This document shows positions 1 through 8,345 of a stretch of DNA of 64,000 nucleotides, in pieces (the stretch's first letter is position 1; the number at the start of each line of letters is the position of its first letter). The stretch spans positions 1 to 64,000 of IMG/VR virus record IMGVR_UViG_3300044213_000107. One strand, written 5' to 3'. The translations under genes and the position numbers were made by a program. The notes under the pieces are model-generated. The model was not told where the DNA came from and did not search any database. It was given only the letters and a program-made list of their open reading frames with translations.

Positions 1-389
1 GACAATGCTTCACAACCCAATGCTGGTAGAATAGTTAGTTTGGCTAACTTGCGTCGTTCCATTTCTTTGTAGAACTCAAGTTCTGGGTCATCTTGGGCAA
101 CTAAGGTAGTATGGTCAAATTGATCTTCTAAAATCTTTTTAAGTTCTTTAAGACCGCCATAGTCTGCGGCCCAGTTGCGAACATCTAAATCGTTGGTACC
201 AAAGTAAAACTTCATACTGAACGAATAGCCATGATTTAAATTACAATGACTATCGGCACGCCATTGACGATAAGCACATGGAAATGCGTCGATGTATTCC
301 TTTGTGCTTGTATATTTGTATGATACGGGTCCGCGGTATGGAAGATTGTTTTCTAAGTGTGCGATCAGTTCAGATGCCGATGATTTCAT
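1..389 (-). CDS. queD: 6-carboxy-5,6,7,8-tetrahydropterin synthase (QueD/PTPS family), 3' end outside window
   Basis: Own translation from ATG at 389 with GGAG RBS: ...STKEYIDAFPCAYRQWRADSHCNLNHGYSFSMKFYF...DYGGLKELKKILEDQFDHTTLV; has the C-x3-H-G-Y and FDH motifs of QueD. Absent from the ORF track because truncated. Confidence 0.85.
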   Translation of the reverse strand, partial: MKSSASELIAHLENNLPYRGPVSYKYTSTKEYIDAFPCAYRQWRADSHCNLNHGYSFSMKFYFGTNDLDVRNWAADYGGLKELKKILEDQFDHTTLVAQDDPELEFYKEMERRKLAKLTILPALGCEAL

Positions 390-426
390 GCTGTTTCTCC
401 TATGTTAAATTTTAGCATAGGCGGCG

Positions 427-462
427 GAGTTTGTATACCGGGACGACGCTCTAAAGTCCGGT
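427..462 (-). ncRNA. preQ1-I-like riboswitch candidate in the queD leader
   Basis: ACCGG-ACUUUAGAGCGUCGUC-CCGGU-AUACAAA-CUC: 5-bp stem, loop ending in C, A-rich tail whose CUC can pair with loop GAG (H-type pseudoknot). Followed by a CCUAUG..CAUAGG hairpin (399-421) overlapping the queD RBS. Confidence 0.5.
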
Positions 463-472
463 TGTGGCTAAG

Positions 473-1021
473 TCAGCAATAACTATAGCCGGGCGTATTG
501 TTTCGCAACCGTTCCCTTAGTGTATCCTTGGATATTTTTAAGGCTTTCGCGGCGTAGTTAGCACATTCAAAAACGCCAATTGGTGTACTAACTTTTTTAG
601 CACGAGGGTTGTTACCTCCTGCTTTTTGTTTTTTATATAAATCAATAGTCTCGGGCCTATGGGTCTTACCATAAAAAGAGTTTTGTTCTTTGATCTTACC
701 CCAATTTGGATTATTTTCTTTTTTCATACCGGGACTTCCGGGCGCCTTGCCATCCTTGCCATTTTCGGGTCTTAAATTTGCCCACTCCTTAGACTCTACA
801 ATATTGTTTTTTTCTGAAAAATCTAAAGCAAATTCTTCACATAACTCTGGATCAGTAAACTCCCACACATTTATGGTGTCAATATCTTTGCCGTGAGTTT
901 TGAGATGACGCCTCCAATATTTTCCAGAACCTAGATAAACATATGGATCTTTTGTAACAGTCATACCAAAATATTTTAATCCTGTGATTTTATGTTGTTT
1001 AACATATAGATAAATTTTCAT
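473..1021 (-). mobile_element. Free-standing GIY-YIG (Seg-like) homing endonuclease with NUMOD3-type motif
   Basis: N-terminal IYLY..KITGLKYFG..YLGSG and E..WANL motifs; NSFYGKTH NUMOD3-like repeat; C-terminal HTH; own TAAATA promoter and AGGAG RBS. Confidence 0.85.
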
Positions 1022-1050
1022 AGATATCTCCTATGTTTATTTATCTAATT

Positions 1051-1077
1051 AGCGGGATGAATGCCGGAAAGGCCGCT
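1051..1077 (-). repeat. Diverged second copy of the queD leader stem-loop, upstream of the endonuclease
   Basis: AGCGG-CCUUUCCGGCAUUCAUC-CCGCU resembles ACCGG-ACUUUAGAGCGUCGUC-CCGGU with compensatory stem changes; both leaders end in AACATAGGAGA. Confidence 0.55.
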
Positions 1078-1088
1078 TGAAAAAATAT

Positions 1089-1424
1089 TTATCCTTCACG
1101 CTCATAGCGATCCATTGTTTCTTGCATGTTGTGCGATTCAACTTGATCCATGAACTTTAATAAGAACATGCTAGCAAGGGAGGCTGCCGAACCGGGGATT
1201 CTTAATAAGATATGACCTGTACCATCCTTCATATGATAACTGGGTTTGGCGCTGCCTAGTTGTACATGCCGAGTTTGTTGTTTACGTCCACGATGATCAT
1301 ACACTTCCGTAAGCCATGCATTTCCACCTTGTAGTACAAACCAATGACCTATGTCATCAGTGAGTTCTCGGACCGTGATGGTTATTTCATAATTAACTCG
1401 GCACCCTGGGGGCAATTGTATCAT
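1089..1424 (-). CDS. Hypothetical protein (start revised to MIQLPPG)
   Basis: ATGA overlap with upstream gene stop. Confidence 0.6.
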   Translation of the reverse strand: MIQLPPGCRVNYEITITVRELTDDIGHWFVLQGGNAWLTEVYDHRGRKQQTRHVQLGSAKPSYHMKDGTGHILLRIPGSAASLASMFLLKFMDQVESHNMQETMDRYEREG

Positions 1425-1876
1425 TGTGCACGAGCCTTTAGATATTCTTCGTGTTGTACCCAACCACTTTTTGTTAAGAAACCCCATTCTCTACGATGTG
1501 GGCCAGGTATAAACAGTGTCCATGTTTCTACTGTGGGATCTAGTTCGATACGATGATAACTGGTAGCACCACAGGTTCTAAAACTACCAGTACCACGCCA
1601 TGTGCAGGTTTCTGTTATTTTGTTGCCTTGGGCATCAAATACTGGCATCCATTCATAGTAGCCACCTTTTAAGATAACAGTGGCATAAGGCCAAGGATGA
1701 TCATGCACGTCATCGGGATCTGACTTAAGAAACTTATGCACAAATATATTAAAAGGGAACCAGGTGCGATCTTTAAGGAATACATAATATCTTTCTAAAT
1801 AGGGTTCATTATCAACCCTGTCCATAATAATACGTTTGCGGCCTAAGCGTTCAAGTAGAGTTAGAAATCGATTCAT
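1421..1876 (-). CDS. Cupin-fold protein
   Basis: HDHPW...ILKGGY.E and YHRIEL motifs; start revised to MNRF after AAGG RBS. Confidence 0.7.
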   Translation of the reverse strand: MNRFLTLLERLGRKRIIMDRVDNEPYLERYYVFLKDRTWFPFNIFVHKFLKSDPDDVHDHPWPYATVILKGGYYEWMPVFDAQGNKITETCTWRGTGSFRTCGATSYHRIELDPTVETWTLFIPGPHRREWGFLTKSGWVQHEEYLKARAQ

Positions 1877-2645
1877 TGCGTACCTTTTGGTTTGCTGTGT
1901 TGACTGCTTCAAAAAGACCCAATGTGGTATTGGTTTTTTGTAGTGTAGCAATTATAGCACATACATCCTTGGGAAAGCAAGCACCACCGTAGCCAAAAGC
2001 GCCATCTGGACCAGGAACCGCAAAATGACTGGAGCCCATGCGGGTATCATGTTGTAAAGCTGCCACAAAATCTGTCCAATTTGCTCCAACCGCTTGACTC
2101 AACTGGAAAAATTGATTCATGAACATTACTTTTGCAGCCAAAAAAGTATTCATAAAGTACTTGATCATGCTGGCGGTTGTAATGTCTGTTATTGTTAATG
2201 GAACCTTGGTGTTCATGGCACTGGCTTCAAACACATGCATAATATCCTGAGCTCCAGCATTTTGTCCAATAACAATAAATTCAGGATTAAGATAATCTTG
2301 TATTGCCCGACTTGCAACTAAAAACTCTGGTACATGATACACGTTTGGTTGTGGGTAATGTTGCCAAAATTCCGGTTCTGCAGTACTTTTGACAATAATA
2401 GGTCCTGTGTAATTTAACTCTAATAGACAATCTACTACTGATTCTACGATACTGGTATTACAAGATCCATCTGAGTTACTAGGTGTTGGTACGCATACAA
2501 AAATTACATCAGCGTTAATCAGATGTTCTATATCAACTCCGCCTGCGATTGCAGGATCGCAGAATAAAACACTGTGACTGGTTCCTAGATAACTGGCCTG
2601 TACTGCTTTTCCAACATAACCTAACCCAACTATGCCTATGTTCAT
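1851..2645 (-). CDS. ugd: UDP-glucose/GDP-mannose dehydrogenase family (short form)
   Basis: GLGYVG Rossmann motif, VCVPTP, KST, PEFL, KY..N.FLA.K, GYGGACFPKD. Confidence 0.9.
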   Translation of the reverse strand: MNIGIVGLGYVGKAVQASYLGTSHSVLFCDPAIAGGVDIEHLINADVIFVCVPTPSNSDGSCNTSIVESVVDCLLELNYTGPIIVKSTAEPEFWQHYPQPNVYHVPEFLVASRAIQDYLNPEFIVIGQNAGAQDIMHVFEASAMNTKVPLTITDITTASMIKYFMNTFLAAKVMFMNQFFQLSQAVGANWTDFVAALQHDTRMGSSHFAVPGPDGAFGYGGACFPKDVCAIIATLQKTNTTLGLFEAVNTANQKVRNESISNST

Positions 2646-2977
2646 TGCGGATCTTTCTTGGCAGGTTCTTCGATAAATCTTGGACTAGGTCCGATATTGC
2701 TAGAGATAGCCCCAAATGCTCGTTTGACTGCATAAAGTGGGAAACTCACAATAGCCAATGAAAAAATTAATATCAAGCCAACAATAGAAACTATGTTCAT
2801 AAATGCAGTAATTAACATTTCGAGCACAATATTCCAAAATCCTTTTATTCCCAATCTCATCAATTGATCGGAATCGTCGCCATCGTTAAAATGTCTGATA
2901 TGATCAATAAATTGATTTTTAGTTGTACCAACAGATCCTTTTAATACGTCTAGTAGTCCGCGATATAGTTTTAACAT
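2642..2977 (-). CDS. Hypothetical membrane protein
   Basis: Long hydrophobic stretch; ATGA coupling. Confidence 0.6.
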   Translation of the reverse strand: MLKLYRGLLDVLKGSVGTTKNQFIDHIRHFNDGDDSDQLMRLGIKGFWNIVLEMLITAFMNIVSIVGLILIFSLAIVSFPLYAVKRAFGAISSNIGPSPRFIEEPAKKDPQ

Positions 2978-2978
2978 T

Positions 2979-3266
2979 TTAGTACCTCAGTGTTTCCATG
3001 GTGATGATTTGCGCGATACGATGTGTGACATCGGGGTCGTCGGCTGGTATTACATGTAATTTTGCATTGTGACGATCGGCCTTGCGATCGTATTCGTTAA
3101 ACTCCAATATGGTGCCACCTGATGCATGGTAAACAGTGAACCGCATACCATCACTGTTAATTCTATCGTTGGCTATGGGTTTTGATGCAGCGATAACGCC
3201 ATTTGACTCAACATCGGCATAGCTGTTGACCCATCGACCGAATTTGTAAAGTAATCTTCTAATCAT
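2979..3266 (-). CDS. Hypothetical protein
   Basis: AAGGA RBS; tight packing. Confidence 0.6.
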   Translation of the reverse strand: MIRRLLYKFGRWVNSYADVESNGVIAASKPIANDRINSDGMRFTVYHASGGTILEFNEYDRKADRHNAKLHVIPADDPDVTHRIAQIITMETLRY

Positions 3267-3275
3267 AATGTTTCC

Positions 3276-4019
3276 TTAGCATGAATATTCTTGTTGCAGT
3301 TTTACGTTATCAAAAAACTCTTTTTTAGTTCCAGCATCGTCTTTAAATGCACCCTTGAGTACAGTAGTTTGCGTAAGACTGCTTTTGGCCATAATGCCAC
3401 GGTTCTCACAACATCCATGTGTCATTTGCATATAAACGCCTACGTCTGCGGCTCCTGTGGCACGTTGGATTTCCCGAGCAATTTCATTACAAAGTTCCTC
3501 CTGGAGAGTACCTCTTCGGGCACACCATTGTGCGATTCTTGAATATTTACTAAGTCCGATAAGTGTTTGTGCGGCAATAATACCAATATAAGCAACACCA
3601 ACCACAGGCTGGTGATGATGGCTGCAAACGCTACGCAACTCGCTGCGAACAACAAGCATGCCTTCGTAACGTTCCGACGAATCATTGGGAAATGCGGTTG
3701 GGTCTGGTCCTGGTTCATATCTTCCACTCATTATTTCTGTTATGTACATTTTAGCAAGACGTCTAGCAGTCCCTCGACTGCTAGGGTCAGTTTCACGATC
3801 AATAAGCAAACGATCAAGCACTAGCTCAAATGCTTCTGCGGCTTCGTTGATTAGACGTTCTTTATCGCCTTCTTTAAGATACTCGCTGATGTTGTCGTTG
3901 GCCCAAAAGCGTTTACCTTCACGGCGCATTTTAAAACGTAAATAATCGCCTAAATATGCTTCTTCGTATCCGCCATCTCCGGCCATGGCGTCTAATCCTG
4001 TTTCTGTTTTATCTGTCAA
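3276..4019 (-). CDS. folE: GTP cyclohydrolase I
   Basis: SVCSHHHQP, GLSKYSRI, LQEEL, HGCCENRG motifs; start revised to TTG at 4019 following GGAG RBS. Confidence 0.95.
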   Translation of the reverse strand: MTDKTETGLDAMAGDGGYEEAYLGDYLRFKMRREGKRFWANDNISEYLKEGDKERLINEAAEAFELVLDRLLIDRETDPSSRGTARRLAKMYITEIMSGRYEPGPDPTAFPNDSSERYEGMLVVRSELRSVCSHHHQPVVGVAYIGIIAAQTLIGLSKYSRIAQWCARRGTLQEELCNEIAREIQRATGAADVGVYMQMTHGCCENRGIMAKSSLTQTTVLKGAFKDDAGTKKEFFDNVKLQQEYSC

Positions 4020-4048
4020 TTTAATTCTCCGAGTTACTGACGTGGATG

Positions 4049-4648
4049 TCATTTTGTGATTGTAATTTGTCGCAAATCTGGGTAAGCAACAAATTGTGGT
4101 TCTGGATTTAGATCTTTAACTCCTTCGAGTAAAGCCAAACCTTGTTCTGCTTCTTCAATAGTAGGCTTGTAGTGATAACCAATTCTAAAAGTTTTCTGCG
4201 ACTCCCATGGACTAACAGTTAAATCTCTACCATCGTATCTCATTTGTAAGATAGCCTTATATGCTTCTGCATCATCTAATAGTATAGCACCACCACGACC
4301 TATGTGTAAAGGTTTTCCATGTCCAAAACTTACACATTGTATTTGTCCTGGTCTGTACATACCACGTTGCAACAATCTGGCACTATCCCAAATTCTAGTT
4401 TTTCTAAAATGATATTCACCCACCCATTGTTTTTCGTCTTTGGTTTCGTAATAAAATTTAATACCTAGTTTATGCATTAACATTGGAATACTTAGGTATG
4501 TAAAAGGTGTAAATGCACAAAATTCTACACGATCGTAGATAAAGCATAATTCAAGCGCATGCGTACAACAATCAGTCATGATTGCGTAAGGTGCTCCTGT
4601 GAATTCTGCTAATGCTTGTTCGAACTTTAATATTTTTTCAAAACTCAT
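4049..4648 (-). CDS. DegT/DnrJ/EryC1/StrS PLP-dependent aminotransferase-like (short, lacks C-terminal small domain)
   Basis: FEQALAEFTGAPYAI..DCCTHALEL, WDSA, SFGHGKPL..GRGGAI. Confidence 0.8.
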   Translation of the reverse strand: MSFEKILKFEQALAEFTGAPYAIMTDCCTHALELCFIYDRVEFCAFTPFTYLSIPMLMHKLGIKFYYETKDEKQWVGEYHFRKTRIWDSARLLQRGMYRPGQIQCVSFGHGKPLHIGRGGAILLDDAEAYKAILQMRYDGRDLTVSPWESQKTFRIGYHYKPTIEEAEQGLALLEGVKDLNPEPQFVAYPDLRQITITK

Positions 4649-5004
4649 TTTTGACTATCACCTTTGCTTATTCTATAGTTATCTTCCACCGAGTCGGGGG
4701 TACTAACTTCAATAACAGTACCGGCGTCAATGCAAACTAGTTGATGAGGTAGTCCGGGAGGATTATGCCAAACTGAACCCACAGCCAACTCTTGTTCGTG
4801 TAGTTCTGCGGTAGCGGTATCTATCCAACGTACAGTAAACCGACCGCTTTGTACATACCAAGTTTCATCTTTGGTTAAGTGAAAATGCATACTAAATCTA
4901 GCACCAGTATCAAAATTCATCATTTTTCCGCAGTAGAGATCATTGGTGGCCCATATAAATTCAGAGCCCCATCCTTTTTTTACTTGTCCTGTTAGTCTTG
5001 TCAT
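4645..5004 (-). CDS. Cupin, sugar-phosphate isomerase-like
   Basis: KGWGSE, SMHFH..KDETWYV, PHQL, EVST. Confidence 0.75.
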   Translation of the reverse strand: MTRLTGQVKKGWGSEFIWATNDLYCGKMMNFDTGARFSMHFHLTKDETWYVQSGRFTVRWIDTATAELHEQELAVGSVWHNPPGLPHQLVCIDAGTVIEVSTPDSVEDNYRISKGDSQK

Positions 5005-5972
5005 TTTTTTGTATACCATTTATATGCACTGTCAATGATGGTAGAAACATCACTGTATACGGGTTTCCACCCTAGCCCTGTGTTGGCTAAATCAGCATTG
5101 GCTATTAACTTTGCTGGGTCTCCTTCACGTGGTGGCCCTACATATGTTTCTAGACCATATTTCTCTTTAACGTAGTTGACTATTTCTAAATTGCTTATTC
5201 CCGAAGTTGTTCCAAGATTGACTCGATAAGCACCATTTTGCGGATAGTCATCTAGTAAAAAATTAGTGGCCGCAATATGTGCCCATGCTAGATCCCACAC
5301 GTGTATATAATCCCTTATGCATGTACCATCTGGTGTTGCATAATTTCCGCCGTTGATAGTAAACGGTTGTTTATTAATACTGGCTTCTAGAGCACGTGCA
5401 ATGATGTGTGTGGCACCAGGTTCTTGTCCGAGATCGAAGTGCTCGGGCTCGGCACCTGCGGCATTAAAATATCTAAAGGCAACACTATGGATGCCGTATG
5501 CGTGATTATAATCGTCGAGAATATATTCAATCATGGCCTTGGTGCGACCATAGGGACTAATAGGGTTTATTGCGGCCTTTTCGTCGATGGGCATCACTTC
5601 GGGTTCACCGTAAACACTAGCACTACTGCTAAACAGTATAACAGGTTTCTTGTCCATGGTTCGTATCATATTCAACATAGCAATGGTTTTTGCTACATTG
5701 TTATGATAGTATTCGCCAGGGTCCATGACACTGGGTCCTACTAAACTTGTGCCTGCACAATGCACAACAACATCAGGTTCTAGTGTATAGATTGTAGCAA
5801 GTCCTTCGGTACTGGCAAAGTCACCAATATGATAACCATCACAATCTTTTAGAGTATGATCTCGTTGAACACGATCAACGATTACAACACTGTCACCGTT
5901 TTGTTTAAATGCACGAGCTACATGACTACCAATGTAGCCACATCCACCTGTTACTACTATCTTACGTGTCAT
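5001..5972 (-). CDS. galE: UDP-glucose 4-epimerase
   Basis: TGGCGYIGSH, FSSSASVYG, YGRTK, RYFNAAGA, DGTCIRDYIHV. Confidence 0.93.
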   Translation of the reverse strand: MTRKIVVTGGCGYIGSHVARAFKQNGDSVVIVDRVQRDHTLKDCDGYHIGDFASTEGLATIYTLEPDVVVHCAGTSLVGPSVMDPGEYYHNNVAKTIAMLNMIRTMDKKPVILFSSSASVYGEPEVMPIDEKAAINPISPYGRTKAMIEYILDDYNHAYGIHSVAFRYFNAAGAEPEHFDLGQEPGATHIIARALEASINKQPFTINGGNYATPDGTCIRDYIHVWDLAWAHIAATNFLLDDYPQNGAYRVNLGTTSGISNLEIVNYVKEKYGLETYVGPPREGDPAKLIANADLANTGLGWKPVYSDVSTIIDSAYKWYTKK

Positions 5973-6148
5973 AGTTTTGTTTTTAATTCAGCGATTTCGT
6001 CTTTTAAACGAAGTTTTTCTTTTTTAAGTGCTACAATCTGCTCATGATTGCCGTATTGATTTTCTTCAGTGATAATCTTACGATCAAGTGCATCATGCTT
6101 TTCTTGTAGGTGCTTAATATGATTTTGAATCTTTTTTGGTGTGATCAT
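5969..6148 (-). CDS. YdcH/DUF465-like small coiled-coil protein (59 aa, below ORF-track cutoff)
   Basis: MITPKKIQNHIKHLQEKHDALDRKI...LKKEKLRLKDEIAELK. Confidence 0.75.
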   Translation of the reverse strand: MITPKKIQNHIKHLQEKHDALDRKIITEENQYGNHEQIVALKKEKLRLKDEIAELKTKL

Positions 6149-6152
6149 TGTA

Positions 6153-6344
6153 TCAACTATCGAGTTCCATTGTGTTCCATTCTCGGACTACAGCCAGCAT
6201 ATCATCTTCTGTATTGCAAAGAACTTTACAGTTTTTCCAATCGTTTTCGTCATCACGCCCGCCTACTTCGACCATAAAGCCGTTATCGTATCGGTTAATG
6301 GTGATAGTTTCGTTTACTTTTTCTAATTTGCTTAATTGTGCCAT
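6153..6344 (-). CDS. Hypothetical protein
   Basis: AGGAG RBS and CTAAATA upstream. Confidence 0.7.
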   Translation of the reverse strand: MAQLSKLEKVNETITINRYDNGFMVEVGGRDDENDWKNCKVLCNTEDDMLAVVREWNTMELDS

Positions 6345-6358
6345 TTTACTCTCCTTGA

Positions 6359-7549
6359 TTAATATTTAGATTCTAATGTGTGTCGACGATAGTCAATAGA
6401 CGTGCGCAACCATTGTTCTCCTGTGCCTTCTATAATATCACAGATGCGATCAATAGTTCCGTCAGTCCAATCACTGATCTGACCTTGATTGGGATGACGA
6501 TCATGTAATAGTGGCCATAACTTATTCATGGCATCAGCAATGCTCCAAGGTATATACAAACGCTCAGGATCATTTGAAAAAGTTTCGGGGAAACTGCGAT
6601 AAGCAGGGTAAAGGACATTACATCCCAAAGTGTCGGCTTCGGATACAGTATTGCTAACCCAATCTTGCAAAGCACAATTAAATAACACACGAGTATCGTT
6701 AAGAAGATTATAGTAGTCATTCTTTTCTAAATCCTCATAAATTGTTAATAGTCCACGTGCTTGTAGATCTCTAGTACGTGCCATGTAACTGTCGTTATTT
6801 GACTTTAGCTTACTACCTGAAAAAACTGCAAACTCCACAGGATAGTTGGGATATACTGCAGCCCAACGTTCAATCAAGTCCATAAAAAAGTCTGGTGACT
6901 TTTCTTGATCCCAACGTGCCGCAAAGCCTACACGCATTTTTCGTTCCATAAATGGCTTTAGTTCTCCAGACACACGACCACGCACTTCTGCTTTGCCAAA
7001 TGCTAGACCAGAGATGTTGTAGATTGGACAATCCCAACCAGCAACCTTCATATGCATGACCATTTCTTCGTTGGATGCTAGTACAGCACCACCTGAATCA
7101 CGAACTAGTTCGCAGACCATTTTCTCATACAAGCCCATCCACTTGCTCATACCCCAAACATGTACAAAATCATCTGGATCAATTGACTGAGCAAGGCAAC
7201 GAACATATATCCTAGGGCGCAGATGGTTAGGAACCTGATTGATAATGTAAGGAAGGCTTTCGATGCCGGGCTGAAACATGTCTTCAAAATATATAATATC
7301 ATCATGCGTGACTTCTCCGGCTTTCATCATACGCACAAGATTCATAAGTTGGCTCATACCAAAGTATGTGCGACCATGTGCGTCCAAGACCTGTCCGGTG
7401 ACAATTGCTTGATCATTACTAAGCGTATCACCGGGCACTAACAAGTAGTCAATGCCGCGACGCCGAAAGACTGCTTCATTCCAGTCTTGTAGTTGTAGAG
7501 TGTAACGAGCCTTGTATGGCTCTAACCCCATGTAATATAGTTTACGCAT
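6359..7549 (-). CDS. GT-B (family 1/4-like) glycosyltransferase
   Basis: Start revised to MRKLYYMGLE; FAARWDQEK, D-W-V-S-N-T-V-S-E-A..LGC..LYP (E-x7-E-like) motifs. Confidence 0.75.
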   Translation of the reverse strand: MRKLYYMGLEPYKARYTLQLQDWNEAVFRRRGIDYLLVPGDTLSNDQAIVTGQVLDAHGRTYFGMSQLMNLVRMMKAGEVTHDDIIYFEDMFQPGIESLPYIINQVPNHLRPRIYVRCLAQSIDPDDFVHVWGMSKWMGLYEKMVCELVRDSGGAVLASNEEMVMHMKVAGWDCPIYNISGLAFGKAEVRGRVSGELKPFMERKMRVGFAARWDQEKSPDFFMDLIERWAAVYPNYPVEFAVFSGSKLKSNNDSYMARTRDLQARGLLTIYEDLEKNDYYNLLNDTRVLFNCALQDWVSNTVSEADTLGCNVLYPAYRSFPETFSNDPERLYIPWSIADAMNKLWPLLHDRHPNQGQISDWTDGTIDRICDIIEGTGEQWLRTSIDYRRHTLESKY

Positions 7550-7550
7550 A

Positions 7551-7829
7551 TTAACGTGTCCGATAGCTGCGGTTGTAAGGTTGATTATTATTTCTTGATT
7601 GCCAAGGGCGCTGTTCTCTGGGTTCTTGTCCCCAATGATTACGAACATGTTTGCCCTGTAGATGACGAACCATGTCTCCATATGGACTACGTTCGTTGTA
7701 TAAGTGTCTTTCGTCAAATGTGTGACCAAAATCACAACAGAATTGTCGATAACGTTCCAAGTCTTCAAAGATATCCGAGACTTCAGGCTTCATACGTAGA
7801 TATTTGTTGAGCCATTCTGATTTTGCCAT
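7551..7829 (-). CDS. Hypothetical protein
   Basis: AAGGA RBS; fits between neighbours. Confidence 0.7.
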   Translation of the reverse strand: MAKSEWLNKYLRMKPEVSDIFEDLERYRQFCCDFGHTFDERHLYNERSPYGDMVRHLQGKHVRNHWGQEPREQRPWQSRNNNQPYNRSYRTR

Positions 7830-7841
7830 TTTTATTTTTCC

Positions 7842-8282
7842 TTAAATGGATACTAGTTGTGGGCGGTGAGTTTCATATTTAATGAGTGCGCCGTTCTCAC
7901 CATCTTCGGCTACCTCAATCCAAACTGTACGGCTTGGATATCTATCAGCGATTTGTAAGTATAAATCGTCTGCAATCATTTCACAACTCTTATAATCGAG
8001 TGCAAGAATATTATCTTTGTATAAGTTTTCTAACCATCTCTTGAACTGTATAAATTCAATATCGCGATCATTATGCACGACACTAATATAGACCCTAAAG
8101 TGGAAAATGTGACGATGCGGAGTGCCAAGAAAACTAACATCATATTCATCTCCAGTGGCTAGTGCGGGGTCAGTTGCGGCTGCCGGATAACAATGAATAC
8201 CTTCTTTTTGGAATGTCACTGAAATCATTCGATCAGCACGTTGCATGATCCTGTCTGCAGTATCTCTTTGTTCTTGATTCAT
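7842..8282 (-). CDS. QueD/PTPS-like T-fold protein
   Basis: GIH.YP, PHRHIFHF, RDIEF, SCEMIA, V.EDGENGA resemble the PTPS metal-binding and C-terminal motifs. Confidence 0.55.
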   Translation of the reverse strand: MNQEQRDTADRIMQRADRMISVTFQKEGIHCYPAAATDPALATGDEYDVSFLGTPHRHIFHFRVYISVVHNDRDIEFIQFKRWLENLYKDNILALDYKSCEMIADDLYLQIADRYPSRTVWIEVAEDGENGALIKYETHRPQLVSI

Positions 8283-8316
8283 AATTAAATGTTGAAGTTG
8301 TGTTGTATTTAGATTG

Positions 8317-8345
8317 ATTATACGACAAAGAAAAATTATTGTCTA
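8317..8345 (-). promoter_or_regulatory. sigma70-type promoter, with CTAAATA late element just downstream
   Basis: TAGACA-17bp-TATAAT. Confidence 0.7.

Noticed and set aside
473-1021. Group I intron hosting the endonuclease
   Set aside because: It lies between intact genes with short flanks and no room for a group I core; free-standing.
7550-7768. N-terminal extension of the glycosyltransferase ORF
   Set aside because: Overlaps the RBS-supported gene 7551-7829; the true start is likely ATG at 7549.
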